Origin: the human T2T-CHM13v2.0 reference genome, Homo sapiens
Direction: 5' to 3' (one strand)
Length of the DNA: 64,000 nucleotides
Assembly (NCBI RefSeq): GCF_009914755.1
Contig: NC_060935.1
Positions 25,948-37,636 of this stretch are shown piece after piece. Position 1 is the stretch's first letter, and each line of letters starts with the position of its first letter. The translations under genes were made by a program, and so were the position numbers. The notes under the pieces were generated by a model. The model did no database searches. It was not told where the DNA came from and worked only from the letters and a program-made list of their open reading frames with translations.

Positions 25948-28589
25948 ACAGTTCAGGTGATTTCTATCTACAGTAGAACTCATTAAGATGATAATTAAAT
26001 GTTGAGAAATATTGATTGGGAATAAGCATGAGTTTTGGGATCCAGCAGACCTTGGATTTGAAAAAGACACTTCCCCATGCTTGCTGAGAACCTCTGGCAT
26101 TTGTTGACCTTTCTCGGCCTCACTTTCATTGTCTAGAAAATAGGGTCATTGTAAAGGGTCCAGGTAACATGCAAAACACTTAGAAGAAAATGGACACATT
26201 GAAGAAACCCAAATAATGGTTGCAGTTGTGCTGCCATTGTTTTTGTTATTATTAATATGTTTCAAAATGAAATAGGAGACTGAAGTGTTTTCTATGCAGT
26301 TTTTTTTTCACATAACATAAATTTGGTTAGAAATCAAGTTATGAAAAACAAGATTTTTGTCCCAGTAGAGTTATTGAATATTTCATCATTTTAGAAGTCC
26401 AATTTTCTTCACTCATTCTCAGTGTCTCCTGCCTTTATGAGATAAGGAACAGATTCAATTTATACTGTCAAATACTAGCTACCTAGCCATCTAGAAAGCT
26501 ACTCCTTTTAACCTTCTTTTATGTTTACCTTGCTGAAATATAGTTAAATGCTTTCAATAAAATATAAAACCAACAGACAAAACCTACCAAAGACTTCTGT
26601 TCCTCTGCATATAAGCAGACCTTTTGAGACAAATGAACTATTTAACTTAATAACATTTTACACACTTGACTTTGTAGACAACCTGTAAGTAAGCAGGGCC
26701 ATTTCAATTTTGTTGAATGCATTTCTGTAGAATGCTTATTATGTGACCATAATATGTTTAAGATTGTGGGAAAGAAAAAAATTAAAAGGATATTTCTACA
26801 CACCCAGCTCTCAAGAGGCTATAAAATTTGTGGGCTAACTGATGTTAATTTTCTCCTCTAAACATAGCCTTCACTGGTGAAGTTTAAAAGTAGGCAATAA
26901 GTGACTGAATTAATAAGTTAAGCCTTATGCAACACTCCCTAAAACAAAACTTGTGCTATGTAGTAAAGTTCCCATACAATATTATTGCAGACGTGTTGCC
27001 GCTTGGCTTCTTGCTTGTGTTCCCATTGTGCCACTGTCTGGAGGGTTCATCTCTCTTAAACACGCCTAATTTTATCTAACATCATCTCTAAAGTTCCCCT
27101 CTCTGAAGTCAGTGCCACCTATAGCACTCTACACTATCACCTTTACCATACAATTTTAACAGTAGATTGTATATTGTTCTCTGTTTGTTTTTTTACCAAT
27201 GCCTAGAGAGAAGACATTCCTTTTTATCTAAATTTAAAACATCTGGAAGAAGAGAACTGCCCTCTCCTCTACATTTGCATCCTTCGTAGTTTCAGAACAT
27301 TGATTTTCACAAATTAGACATTCAATAAATACTTGCTAATATGACTCAGTTTAGGTAAGTGGATTCAGCAAGCTTTATTCAGTCTTTCTGGTTACAAAGT
27401 GTAGTGACATCGCACTTTATTACTGACTTAGCAGAAATTCCACAAATGTTTAAGTTGTATTGGTAGTCTTTACAGAAAATTAGTATTCAATGTTTCTCAT
27501 TTACCTAGGGCATTTTTGCCTTATTCTCCTTATTCCATGGGAGGAGTTTTTCATTTAAGTTAAATACATCCTAGGATACAAAGTTAAGAAAAGAAATTAA
27601 ATTGATTAAACTAATAATATATTTATAGCATAGAATAACTATATTACAGTGCTAAATTAACATTATAATTTAGGGAAATGCCCTCGTACAATGAGAAATA
27701 AACTATACATTTTTAATGTATCAGCCCTGTCATGAGAAGTTTTCAGATTCCTAAAAATTTAATTTGATTACTTTACTATAGAATATTACTGTTAGATAAG
27801 CCTTTGTCCATATTATTATACTCTTTTTAAAACCTCTAGTTAATGACTACATGTATTTTGATGTAATACATAAAGTAAATTGATAAAGAAAATTTAGACC
27901 TAGTTTAGCAAATGAGAAAAAGTGAATGAACAGTCTTTCGAATCCACTCTTTTCAAATATCTACTTAATGAGGATTCTCAAAGGAGAAAATCCAGGAGGA
28001 AAATAATCTAAATTTTTGTTTGTTTGCTTGATTTCTTTTACACCATTCAAGAAATACCTTATCTAATTAATAACTCAACTATCAGATTTTTTATGTTTAG
28101 ATAACTGTGTTTAAAATTACACCAGAAAAAAAGGAATTATTCCTTGAACTATATACAATTAAAAGGCCACCAATACACACCTTAAGCTTTAATGTTATCT
28201 CTATAGCTTGAGTATCTTTTTATTACAGGAGGGAAAGGTAATTATTCTATTATCTGTGATTTCCTACCTTTGTTTGATTTCTTACCTTTGTTCACATTTC
28301 AAAATTTTATTGTGCTGTAATTTATGTATCCGCCTTACCTGAATATTATGTTCCAGAATTATGTGTGTTTGTGTGTTTATGTGTGTCTCTGTGTGTAAGT
28401 TTTCTACCAATAAACTGCAACTGTTTACATTATGGATTGGGTTATGCATTTAGATAATTTTATGGCAAACTAACTGAACTTAGAGAGTTCGAGTATCAGC
28501 TAAATGAATAAAATATATCAAGTGATGTTTCTATAACTAATATTAGTATTAATAATTATAATAATCATAGTAACAATAATAGATTATAA

Positions 28590-28800
28590 TACCATAAAAT
28601 AAATGACTAGCATACTAGGTATTTTACATGTATTATCTTATTGAACTCTCGAATAAATCTGAAATTAGATATCATTCTCTACATTTCAAAGGTGAGGCCA
28701 CCATAGCTGAAAATATTAGGTAAATAGCTCACAAAAGGCCACACAACTGAGAAGTGGCAAAGCTGAGGTCTACGCTCAGATGTGTCTGTCTGCCTCCCAA
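28590..28800 (-). mobile_element. MIR SINE
   Basis: ttttacatgtattatcttattgaactctc...catttcaaaggtgaggcc...gccacacaactgagaagtggcaaagctgagg. Confidence 0.7.
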
Positions 28801-30029
28801 GCACAATCCTGTCAGAATGAATCCTGATCAGGGCATATTTCTAGTAGGGAACGAACTTTTTCAAAGCTGAGTTGCCCCATATTGGACTGCCCTTGCTTTT
28901 CTTCCTATGTGGTGCCATCATTTCCTTGTTGTGCAATGCTTATACTGTAAAAACTGACACTTCCACTATAACCCGCGATGGTTGGACCTGGCTCTGTTTA
29001 CCCGATTGAAAACATGTGCTTAAAAAAATGGCTCAACATACAAGTAATTGACTAGCCTTTAAAATATTCATTTGATGCACAAGTCTTAGTTAGTCTTCTA
29101 CATAGTCCCTTCATTAGAACAGATGTGGATCAGAGATGATGGAACATAGGGTATCAATTAATATAAAAGTCCAAAAGGCAAAGTTTACAAATGGACATTG
29201 ATAGCCAGATACACCAACCAGTCACATAGCTAGCACTCAGAACAACACTGCTGTCCCCATGTCTATGTATTTCTGGTGAGTTAGTAATTCCTCTTGTCTG
29301 TGGGGATTATCCAGCTGTCCTTTTCTGAAGTTGATCAAGAGTTTAAAGAAAACCAGAGGAAATCTTTTCATCTCTCTGGCATGAGAAAAGTGAAATAAGC
29401 TCTGTCAGTAAACAGTTTTGGACTTCACAGTTTTCATCTCACTTGATTATTCGTGTCTCCTCAAACCTCAAACATGCAAATTGCCACAAATACTTATGGG
29501 GAATTCAGCTTAACTTGGAGATTACCCCTAATTTTTCTTTGATCTAAGTTGTGGCTTGTGGATCTTTCTGGACCACTTCAAACAACTGCTTTGGAAAGAT
29601 TTCATGTGTGTGTCTGTGTGCTCTAACCTCTGATCATGTAGGTTTGAGTTGGTCCAACTAAACACTATCTTGGAATCTTTTCCTAGACTTTCTTAATTAA
29701 CAAGAAACTGAAATTGACAGTCCCATGAGAAAACTAGAACTTGATAATTGAGAAAATCCATTCAATTTGTTGGAAGTAAATACTAAACTCAAATTATAAT
29801 TCTACCTTTAAAGATTTTGTAACACTTATACCACTTTGGAAAATTTTACATGTAATATTCTCTTTCAGGGAGAATTGTTTCTGTGTGACATACACTTTTC
29901 AAAGAAGCCGTTGGAATAAAGGTAATGGGAATCTCAAGAATATAATAGCATGATAAAAATAATACCTTTTCTTCAACAATTTCTTAGTCTCTGCTTTGTG
30001 TCAATATCTGGATATGGATATGGGCTAGC

Positions 30030-30510
30030 AATAAAAATCCCTTAACTTGGATTTCAAAGGCTTTCACCACACACTTGTTTCCCCACTACTCTCCCACCTC
30101 CAATCTTCAACAGGATTTTCTTCCAGTTTCCTGAATTTACTATGCTTGCTCTTGCCTCCAAGCCTTTAGAAATGCAGATTCTTCTGCTGAGAATTCTCCT
30201 CTGTTCTTACCATTCTCTTTTGGTTGATTGAGTTCTACTTAGGCTTAGGTCTTTCTTAAATGTCTTTCCTCACTATGACTTCCTTGATTTTCCAATGTTG
30301 TATTAGTGTCCCACCTATATATTCCCATGTTGCCTGTTCTCACTCCATCAAAGGCTGTTTAGAAATAGCCTCTTTGTCTGTATTCCTCATTAGACTGTAG
30401 ATTTCTTGAAGGCAAGGACAGTTTCTTCTTCTATTTACTACTGTATGCTCAGCATCTAGCACAGCAACTAATCCTTAGTAGGTACTTAACAGACATTTCT
30501 TTATTGAATA
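30030..30510 (+). mobile_element. L2 LINE 3' fragment
   Basis: cattagactgtagatttcttgaaggcaaggac...ctgtatgctcagcatctagcacag...tagtaggtacttaacagacatt...ttgaat. Confidence 0.75.
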
Positions 30511-31329
30511 ATGGTGACCACCATTTACTATATTTATTATGTGTTCAGAAACTGTTAGACAATTTGCCTGTATCTATTGCTCATATAAGTTATAGAATGT
30601 GTATATATTATTTATTTCATTTTAGATATGAGAAAATAGAAGCTTAGATAGTTTAAACAATCTATCCAGGATTCATGAATTCTGAGCAACAAAAACTGTG
30701 CTTTCTCTCATTGTATCACAGCACCTCTATGGATATAGTGTTACTGCTTATATTTCAACCTCAATTAAGCAAATAAGCAAACAAACAAAACTCCCCCTGT
30801 GAGGCACAGAAAGATTCTCAACTATTAATAATTTGCTTTGAAAGCTTTTAAATGAGATCATAAGATACTTATGAAGACATAATCATATATTTTTGCAGGC
30901 CCTTCCTAAGCATAATTATTTCTGTACTATCATTATTGCTCTGCAGTAGAGCATTTTCTTTCTCAAGAGTTGTAACCTAGGGCAAACCACCTTGAAAGAG
31001 ATAGTCAAGAAGAAGTCAGAGATATGTTCAATAAAAGGTCTTGAGGTTAATCTTCTGGGCAAGCAGTGGCCAAGTGCAGATACTGCATTGTGGAGATTGC
31101 TTTATTCCCAGTTCCTTGCATCAGCTTGAGCTTTTGGGATACTTCTCATAACAATAAGAACAAGATTTCTAGATTGGTATAGAATTTTGACTTTTACAAA
31201 GTGCTTTTATCCATATCATTTTGTTTATCAAACATATCTATGAAGAGGAAGATCAGTGTGATTAAACTTGTTTGATAGCAGAAACCTGATATTCAGAAAA
31301 GTCAAGAGAGTAATTAGAATGGGACAAGA

Positions 31330-31758
31330 AGACTTTCTGCTATAAGGAGGAGGAAGCATGACAGACCTCCGGTCCTGCTACTGGCTTTGGAATCTCTGTT
31401 TGTGCTAAGAATATGCCTCCCATTCAGCTGTTCCCAGCCAGAGGCTGAGTAAAGTGGAGCTACTAACGCAGATCTATTTCTGGGAAATATCTGATCTATC
31501 TGATGACTACTTTGGCTCAAGAACTCCCCAAAGGCTTTGCAGAACCTAACTCAGCCTGCATAGGAGTCTAAGACACTTTTACCTAAATTTTACTCCCACT
31601 CTCCTTCACTCAAACTCAGACTTGTATCTCAGGCTGATGGCTCTCTGACTCTTCTCCAGCTCCCTCACACTTCCAGTCATACAATCCTTTCCCCTAATAT
31701 GGTGATCACATGTTTAATCATGTCATGGCATCTGATTCTCGGAGGAGTCAGACTGACA
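31330..31758 (+). mobile_element. ERVL LTR, LTR16A-like
   Basis: cagctgttcccagcca...ctttggctcaagaactcccc...gctgatggctctc...tttaatcatgtcatggcatctgattctcggaggagtcagactgaca. Confidence 0.65.
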
Positions 31759-32669
31759 ACTCATTCATTTCATATAACACATTAGATTTCAGCCTTCATG
31801 TCTCCTGGCCCAGTCTGTTGCTTGATAAAAGCCTGAGAATGTGCTTCTGCTCCACATTGTACTTGGTTTATTAAACAACTTCCATAACAAAATAACATCA
31901 AAGAATAAGTATTTAATATTTCTCATCATGCATGTCTGTTTAGTCAAAAGTGTTATCATAGTTCATATATTTTGGATTGTTTCTGGTTATATAAGAGATT
32001 ATCTCAGCTCTTAGGAAATACACATTGAAGCACAAATGATAAAGCAAATTGAGTAAAATGTTAACAGATTACTTTAAGAAAAAGATATTAGGTGTTGTTT
32101 GTACTGTTGTTATTCTTGCAACTTTTCTGTAAGTTTGAAATTATTTCTAAATAAAATACAAAAAAAATTGATTTACCAAAAACTTTAGGCTAAAAAAGAA
32201 AAAACAGTGCAGAGAGGTACATATGTGTCTATCTTTTTATGTTTTTCAGCTGTGAAGATGTAACTTGTATTCCAGGACTCACCTGGCCCTTTCTGTATGC
32301 ATACCACTCTATGAAATGTTAGCCTAGATTATTTTATTCCTAGCCTTGTGGACATCCACTGTATAGAAGCCATCTTTAAGTTCAACATTTGGAATGTTCA
32401 TAGGCTTATCAATATGGCCAGACGTAGATCTGACTTTGTGACATGTTATCTATTAGGGAAAATCTGACATCAGTTTGTGGTCAGAGAGATAGAGTAACTT
32501 TTGGCAACTTTTCTCTTCATTCCTTCCTTCCATCCTTCCTTCTTTTTTTCCTTCCTCCCTCCACGTTTTCCTGAGTGAATTTAAGGATTTTTATTTAACT
32601 TATTTATACAAGTTATTATCAAGTTCCTATTTTGTGGTAAGATAGTCTATACTCCTCAGTTCTTGTCAG

Positions 32670-32890
32670 TCTAGCATCATGATTGGTAGTGCAGGCTTTA
32701 GAACTAGATTGCTTGGGTTCAAATTCTGAGTCCTTAGTAAATATAATCTTGGGCAAGTTACTTAATCTCTTTGGCTTGTTTCCTTACCTGTTAAGTAGGG
32801 ATACAAATAATAGCACCTACAACAAAGAGCTGTTTTGAAGGTTAAAAACTGATGGCTGCCACTTAATAAGTTTACAACAAGTATTCTAAC
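32670..32890 (+). mobile_element. MIR SINE
   Basis: gcaggctttagaactagattgcttgggttcaaattctg...cttgggcaagttacttaatctct...tttccttacctg. Confidence 0.8.
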
Positions 32891-35800
32891 AATTATTTTT
32901 ATTATCAAAATTGTTATTTTTAGTCATAGTACTCAGTGCCTCTCTTCATATCAAACTCTATGTCTGTTCCCAGGATTCGATGTAACATATACAAAGCACC
33001 CAACACATTCTAGAACATAAAAATAGCTCAACAAAGGTAGTTATTCTTTAAACGGAAAGAGAGAGCTGGTTAAGTCGGGTGGTCTAATGTAACTCTTGAG
33101 TCAACCCTTAGAGACAAACTCTCAGTATCCTATCAAAGCTATCTGTCTCTGTGTGTGTTCTAAATTTCACTGCAAAAGCAATTTTCCAAACACGTAATCA
33201 GATTAGGCTCTTTCATATAGCTTGGAATTCACATGTAGCCAATGGTTTCCCCTAATTTAGGTCTGACTCTCTAACATTTCCATCTGGTCTAGAAGTTATT
33301 TTCTTTAATGATCTTGCTGGAGACAATGATTCCACATAAATGAGTTTGCTCTTTGGCCATATAAGTTGAGCAATGTTCTGCCTGTGGAAAGTAACACCCA
33401 TTTTCCACCACTTTGCCTTTTTGTATGTCTTTTAAGCTGCAAGCAAAATAGTTACGATAACTGTCCCTAGACTCTATCACGTTTCTTCCTGCTTCTTTGA
33501 TTATTGTCTAAAAGTGAACTGGGAAAAACATAACTAAGTTCCCTTCAATAATTAGTTCATTGGCCAAGGAATAAAAATTGGCTAAGGAAAAGAATGAGCA
33601 ATTCCAATCTGTCACTAAAGCCTTGTTATTTGGGGGTCCAGTTAACACCATTTTATAAATTAGAAGCAAGAACAGCTGGTGGATAAGTTGAAAGATACCA
33701 AGTGCCTTTGATTTTTTTCTAAATTCTGCTTCTCTTATTATTTTTTAAAGATGAAATTTTACTGTTATAAATGGTAATAGCAAAAGTGGTGGCAAAGTTG
33801 GAATCTGGATGCATAGGTATCATATAATAAAATAATACTGAATTAGGGGATTGTAAATCTGAGTTTTGTTATCACTTCTGTTATTGATTAACTGTGGACA
33901 AGTTGCTTACCCTTTCACATTTTCAGTTTCCTCATCACTTACATTGGAGTAGTAATATATCTTAACCCTATCACAGGTTACTTATGATTATTAAATTGTA
34001 TAAATTTGTGTGAAAGTATTTTAAACAGTATAAAAGATTACAGAAATGTTTACTTTTTATGTTAACCACTCACTATTTATAAAATCTTCTAAATGCAGTA
34101 TTGCATTAAAGCCATGTAGAGTTTCTACAATGACATAAGGGCATCATTATATTTCAATAAATTTATATTTTTTTCAGAAATCTTAATAAGAATTTTTTGC
34201 ATAATAACTGATTGAAGGTTAGAAAATAAAAAAATCTGCATTAATCAGGTAAACTTGGAAATTATTATCAAAGAGAGAGACTTGAGGTGATAGAAATAGA
34301 TTCTTGCTTGATATAAAGTGATGGTAATGGTAATGATGGTGATAAGATTATAATTATGACAATGGAAAAATAATAATAGTTATGTATCTATAGTACAGAC
34401 AATTTTCGAAAAGCAGAAGTATATCTTAATAGTATTTGGGATTTATAAAACTTCTGAGAATAAATACATGTGAATAAATTTTATCTCCACACTGTGATGA
34501 GGAAACTGATGGTCAGATAGGCGAAATGCCTTGACTGAGGTCAAAGAGTAGTTAAGTGGAAAACTCAAGTCTTCACTTATTCGTTGGCTTATTAATTTGG
34601 TCATTCAGTTAACAAACACTGAGTATCTGCCACATACTCTTCAGTATGCAGGACACTAGTGACTCAAAAATGAATATGACATGCAGATCAAGATGTTCAT
34701 AGTTTTAAAAAAAATGGGAATATAAGTAATTAAACAAATAATTATAACATAGAAGTTGAGGGCAATAATAGAAATAATTATAAGATATTATCAGGGGAGT
34801 GACATCAAGAAGATGGTGGAATAGTAAGTCCCAGGCTTCATTCCCCCAAAGAAATGCTGATTTAACAATGTTATAGGGACCAAAACACCTTTATGAGAAC
34901 TCCAGAATCCAGTTAAGAAGTTGTAGGACCCCAAAAAAGCATAAAGCCCAGAAGAGCTACATGAAAATGGGTAAGAATAATAATTCCACTTTACTTGTGT
35001 CAGCCCCTCCCCGAAGCCAGCTTAGCTGGGCACCAAGAGAAAACACCCAACTCATGACTTCTTCCTCAGGGAGAAAAATAAGTCGAGTGTGTATCTGATG
35101 TTCTAGCATTTTGGAGCCAGAACTGTTTCTGTCTATCTCACTTACAGTATAAATGGTAAGGGTGCAGCTTCAATGTCTGGAGGCTGCTAAGAACAAAGCA
35201 AAGTGCTAAGTGGTTTGCTGTGGCTGGCATGGCTTTGTGTGACTAGGAAAGGGTGCAACAGGAGGCTTCTCCACAGAAGGGATGAAGAGCAGTGGAGCAT
35301 CCCTCCAACATTCCAGCTTTCAAGAGGCTGCCCAACGGACTGGCTTCTGTTTTGTTTGTCATGGAGCACTGACAATATCTAACAAACTCTGGATGCCTGA
35401 CAGTCACTTAAAACAAAATAAAAGGCTTGAATTAGTATGTATTCACTTGCCAGAAATTCTCACCCCAGCTTAGCATGGCACAATTAGGAAAGCTCAGAGC
35501 CCATAGATTATCCCTGGAGAAAGAAAGAGAAGGCTGAAACATATATCCAATGGAAACATATGTCCAATGTATGCATAATGAACTGATTTATGTCTTGCCT
35601 GTCTTGAGTGCTAACTAGACATGGCCTACTGTAGATGCCTGGATGTTACTGAGAACAGCGACAACAAAAACCAGCTGGATGGTGTGCTGCTGCTTCAGAG
35701 AACCTGCGACACAGCAGACAGATGCCACAGAGAGTAAGAGATTATGAACTCCTGGAAAACTAAATCAGCAAATTTCTCTAATTAGGAATTTAAATGCATA

Positions 35801-36145
35801 TCTCCAGATAAGATACAGTCACAGAAAGGCTTGAGAGGCACCTATGATCTCTAGTTCAACTAATTAGTGAAGATCAATTCACCAATTCATTCATGTATGA
35901 AGCTAGTCCATAAAGGCTGGGAGAGGTGGCTGTTTTTTTTAAAATGCACAGACATTAACCTAAATTGTCAGGGTCCACCTAGAAACAGGGAAACATGGCC
36001 CAAATAAAGAAGCAAAATAAATCTGCAGAAACTTACATAGAACAAACAGAGGCATACTAATTACCTGACAAAAAATATCAAAATAACCATCATAAAGATG
36101 TTCAACAAACTCATGGAAACCATACATTTAAAAATAATGTCAACA

Positions 36146-36207
36146 CTACCCTAAACCTTAAAGTATAATAATAATAAAATTAAAAAATAAATAAAAAATA
36201 AAAATAA
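36146..36207 (+). mobile_element. Extremely 5'-truncated young L1PA (terminal ~28 nt plus A-rich tail)
   Basis: TACCCTAAACCTTAAAGTATAATAA matches the L1PA 3' terminus; perfect 17-bp TSD TAAAAATAATGTCAACA at 36129-36145 and 36208-36224. Confidence 0.85.
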
Positions 36208-36510
36208 TAAAAATAATGTCAACAAATAAATAGAAAACAAACAGAAATGTTGGAGCTGAGGAATATGATAATTGAACTAAAATGTTAACTAACAGTTCAA
36301 CAGCAGACTTGGTCAAGCAGAAGAAAAAAAATCAGTGAACTCAAAAACAGTCATTTAAATTACACGAAAAGCAAAAAAAAAAAAAAAGGCAGAATGAAAG
36401 AGAGGGAATAAAGCAACAAAGCAACGTTAAGTGAGCCAACATACTCATTACGGATGTTCCAGAAGGAGAAGAGAGAGAGAAAGTGTCACATGAATATTTA
36501 AAGAATAATG

Positions 36511-36823
36511 GGCCAGCCATGGTGGCTCATGCCTGTAACCCCACCACTTTGTGAGGGTGAGGCAGGAGGATCACTTGAGCCCAGGAGTTTGAGATCAGCC
36601 TCTACAAAAAAAAAGAAAAAAAGAGAAAAAAAAAAGAAAAAAAAATTAAAAATTAGCCAGATGTGGTAGCATATGCCTGTAGTCCTAGCTACTTTAGGGG
36701 CTGAGACTGGAGGATCACTTGAGCCCACAGGGTTGAGGATGCAGTCAGCCATATTCACACCACTACACTCCAGCCTAGGTGACAGAGTAAAACCCTGTCT
36801 CAAAAAAAAAAAAAAAAAAAAAA
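36511..36823 (+). mobile_element. AluJ inserted in L1 ORF1
   Basis: Dimeric Alu, GGATCACTTGAGCCC in both arms, expanded A linker, small left-arm deletion. Confidence 0.92.
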
Positions 36824-36926
36824 GGGAAAAAAGAAAAAATGGCTAAAAACTTCCCAAATATAGAAATGGAATTAGACATCCTAATTCAAGAATCTGAAAA
36901 ATTTCAAATGGGAAAGACATATTTTA

Positions 36927-37636
36927 AAGTAGTTCCCCCTTAATTATGGTTTTGATTTCTGCAGCTTTAGTTACTCATGCTCAATCATGGTTCAAAACTA
37001 TTAAATGGAAAATTACAAAAATAAATACTTTATGTTTTCCATTGTGTGCCATTTTGAGCAGTATGAGCGAATCCATGCCATCTAGCTTTCTCCCACCATG
37101 ATATAAATCATCCTTAGGTCCAGTGTATCCATACTGTTTGCAGTACCCATCTATAAGTCACCTAGTAGCCAAGATTATAAGATTGTCTGTTGTGGTATCA
37201 TGATGCTTGTGTTCAAGTAATCCTTATTTAACTTAATAATAGCCCCAAGGCACAAGAGCAGTGATGCTGGTATCGGATATGCTGAAGAGAAGCCATGAAG
37301 TACTTCCTTTAAATAAAAAGGTGAAAGTTCTCAACTTAAGGAAAGAAAAAAAAAGTTTACTGAGGTTGCTAAGATCTATCGTAAGAACAAGTCTTCTATC
37401 TATGAAACTGCAGGGAAAAAAAAAAAATTGTGTTAGTTTTACTGTCCCAACTCAAACTGCAAAAATTATAACACAGTGCATGGTAAGTGCTTAGTTAAGA
37501 TGAAAAGACATGAAATTTGTAGGTAGAAGACATGAACAGAAATGTGTTCTATCTGATGGCAAATGGGTTCAGTTTCAGGCATCCACTGGGGGTCTTGGAA
37601 TGAAACATATCCTCCACAGATTGAAAAGAACTACTG
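36927..37636 (+). mobile_element. MER44 (Tigger7 internal-deletion derivative) DNA transposon
   Basis: TIRs (A)AGTAGTTCCCCCTTA ... GAAAAGAACTACTG flanked by TA; retains decayed transposase N-terminus (KRSHEVLPLNKKVKVLNL in ORF 37261-37494). Confidence 0.85.

Noticed and set aside
28229-28237. 9-nt plus-strand microexon (TTACAG|GAGGGAAAG|GTAATT)
   Set aside because: No upstream TGC motif typical of neural microexons, a moderate donor, and easily expected by chance.
32277-32358. Perfect minus-strand donor CAG|GTGAGT at 32283
   Set aside because: No convincing acceptor or pyrimidine tract at exon distance.
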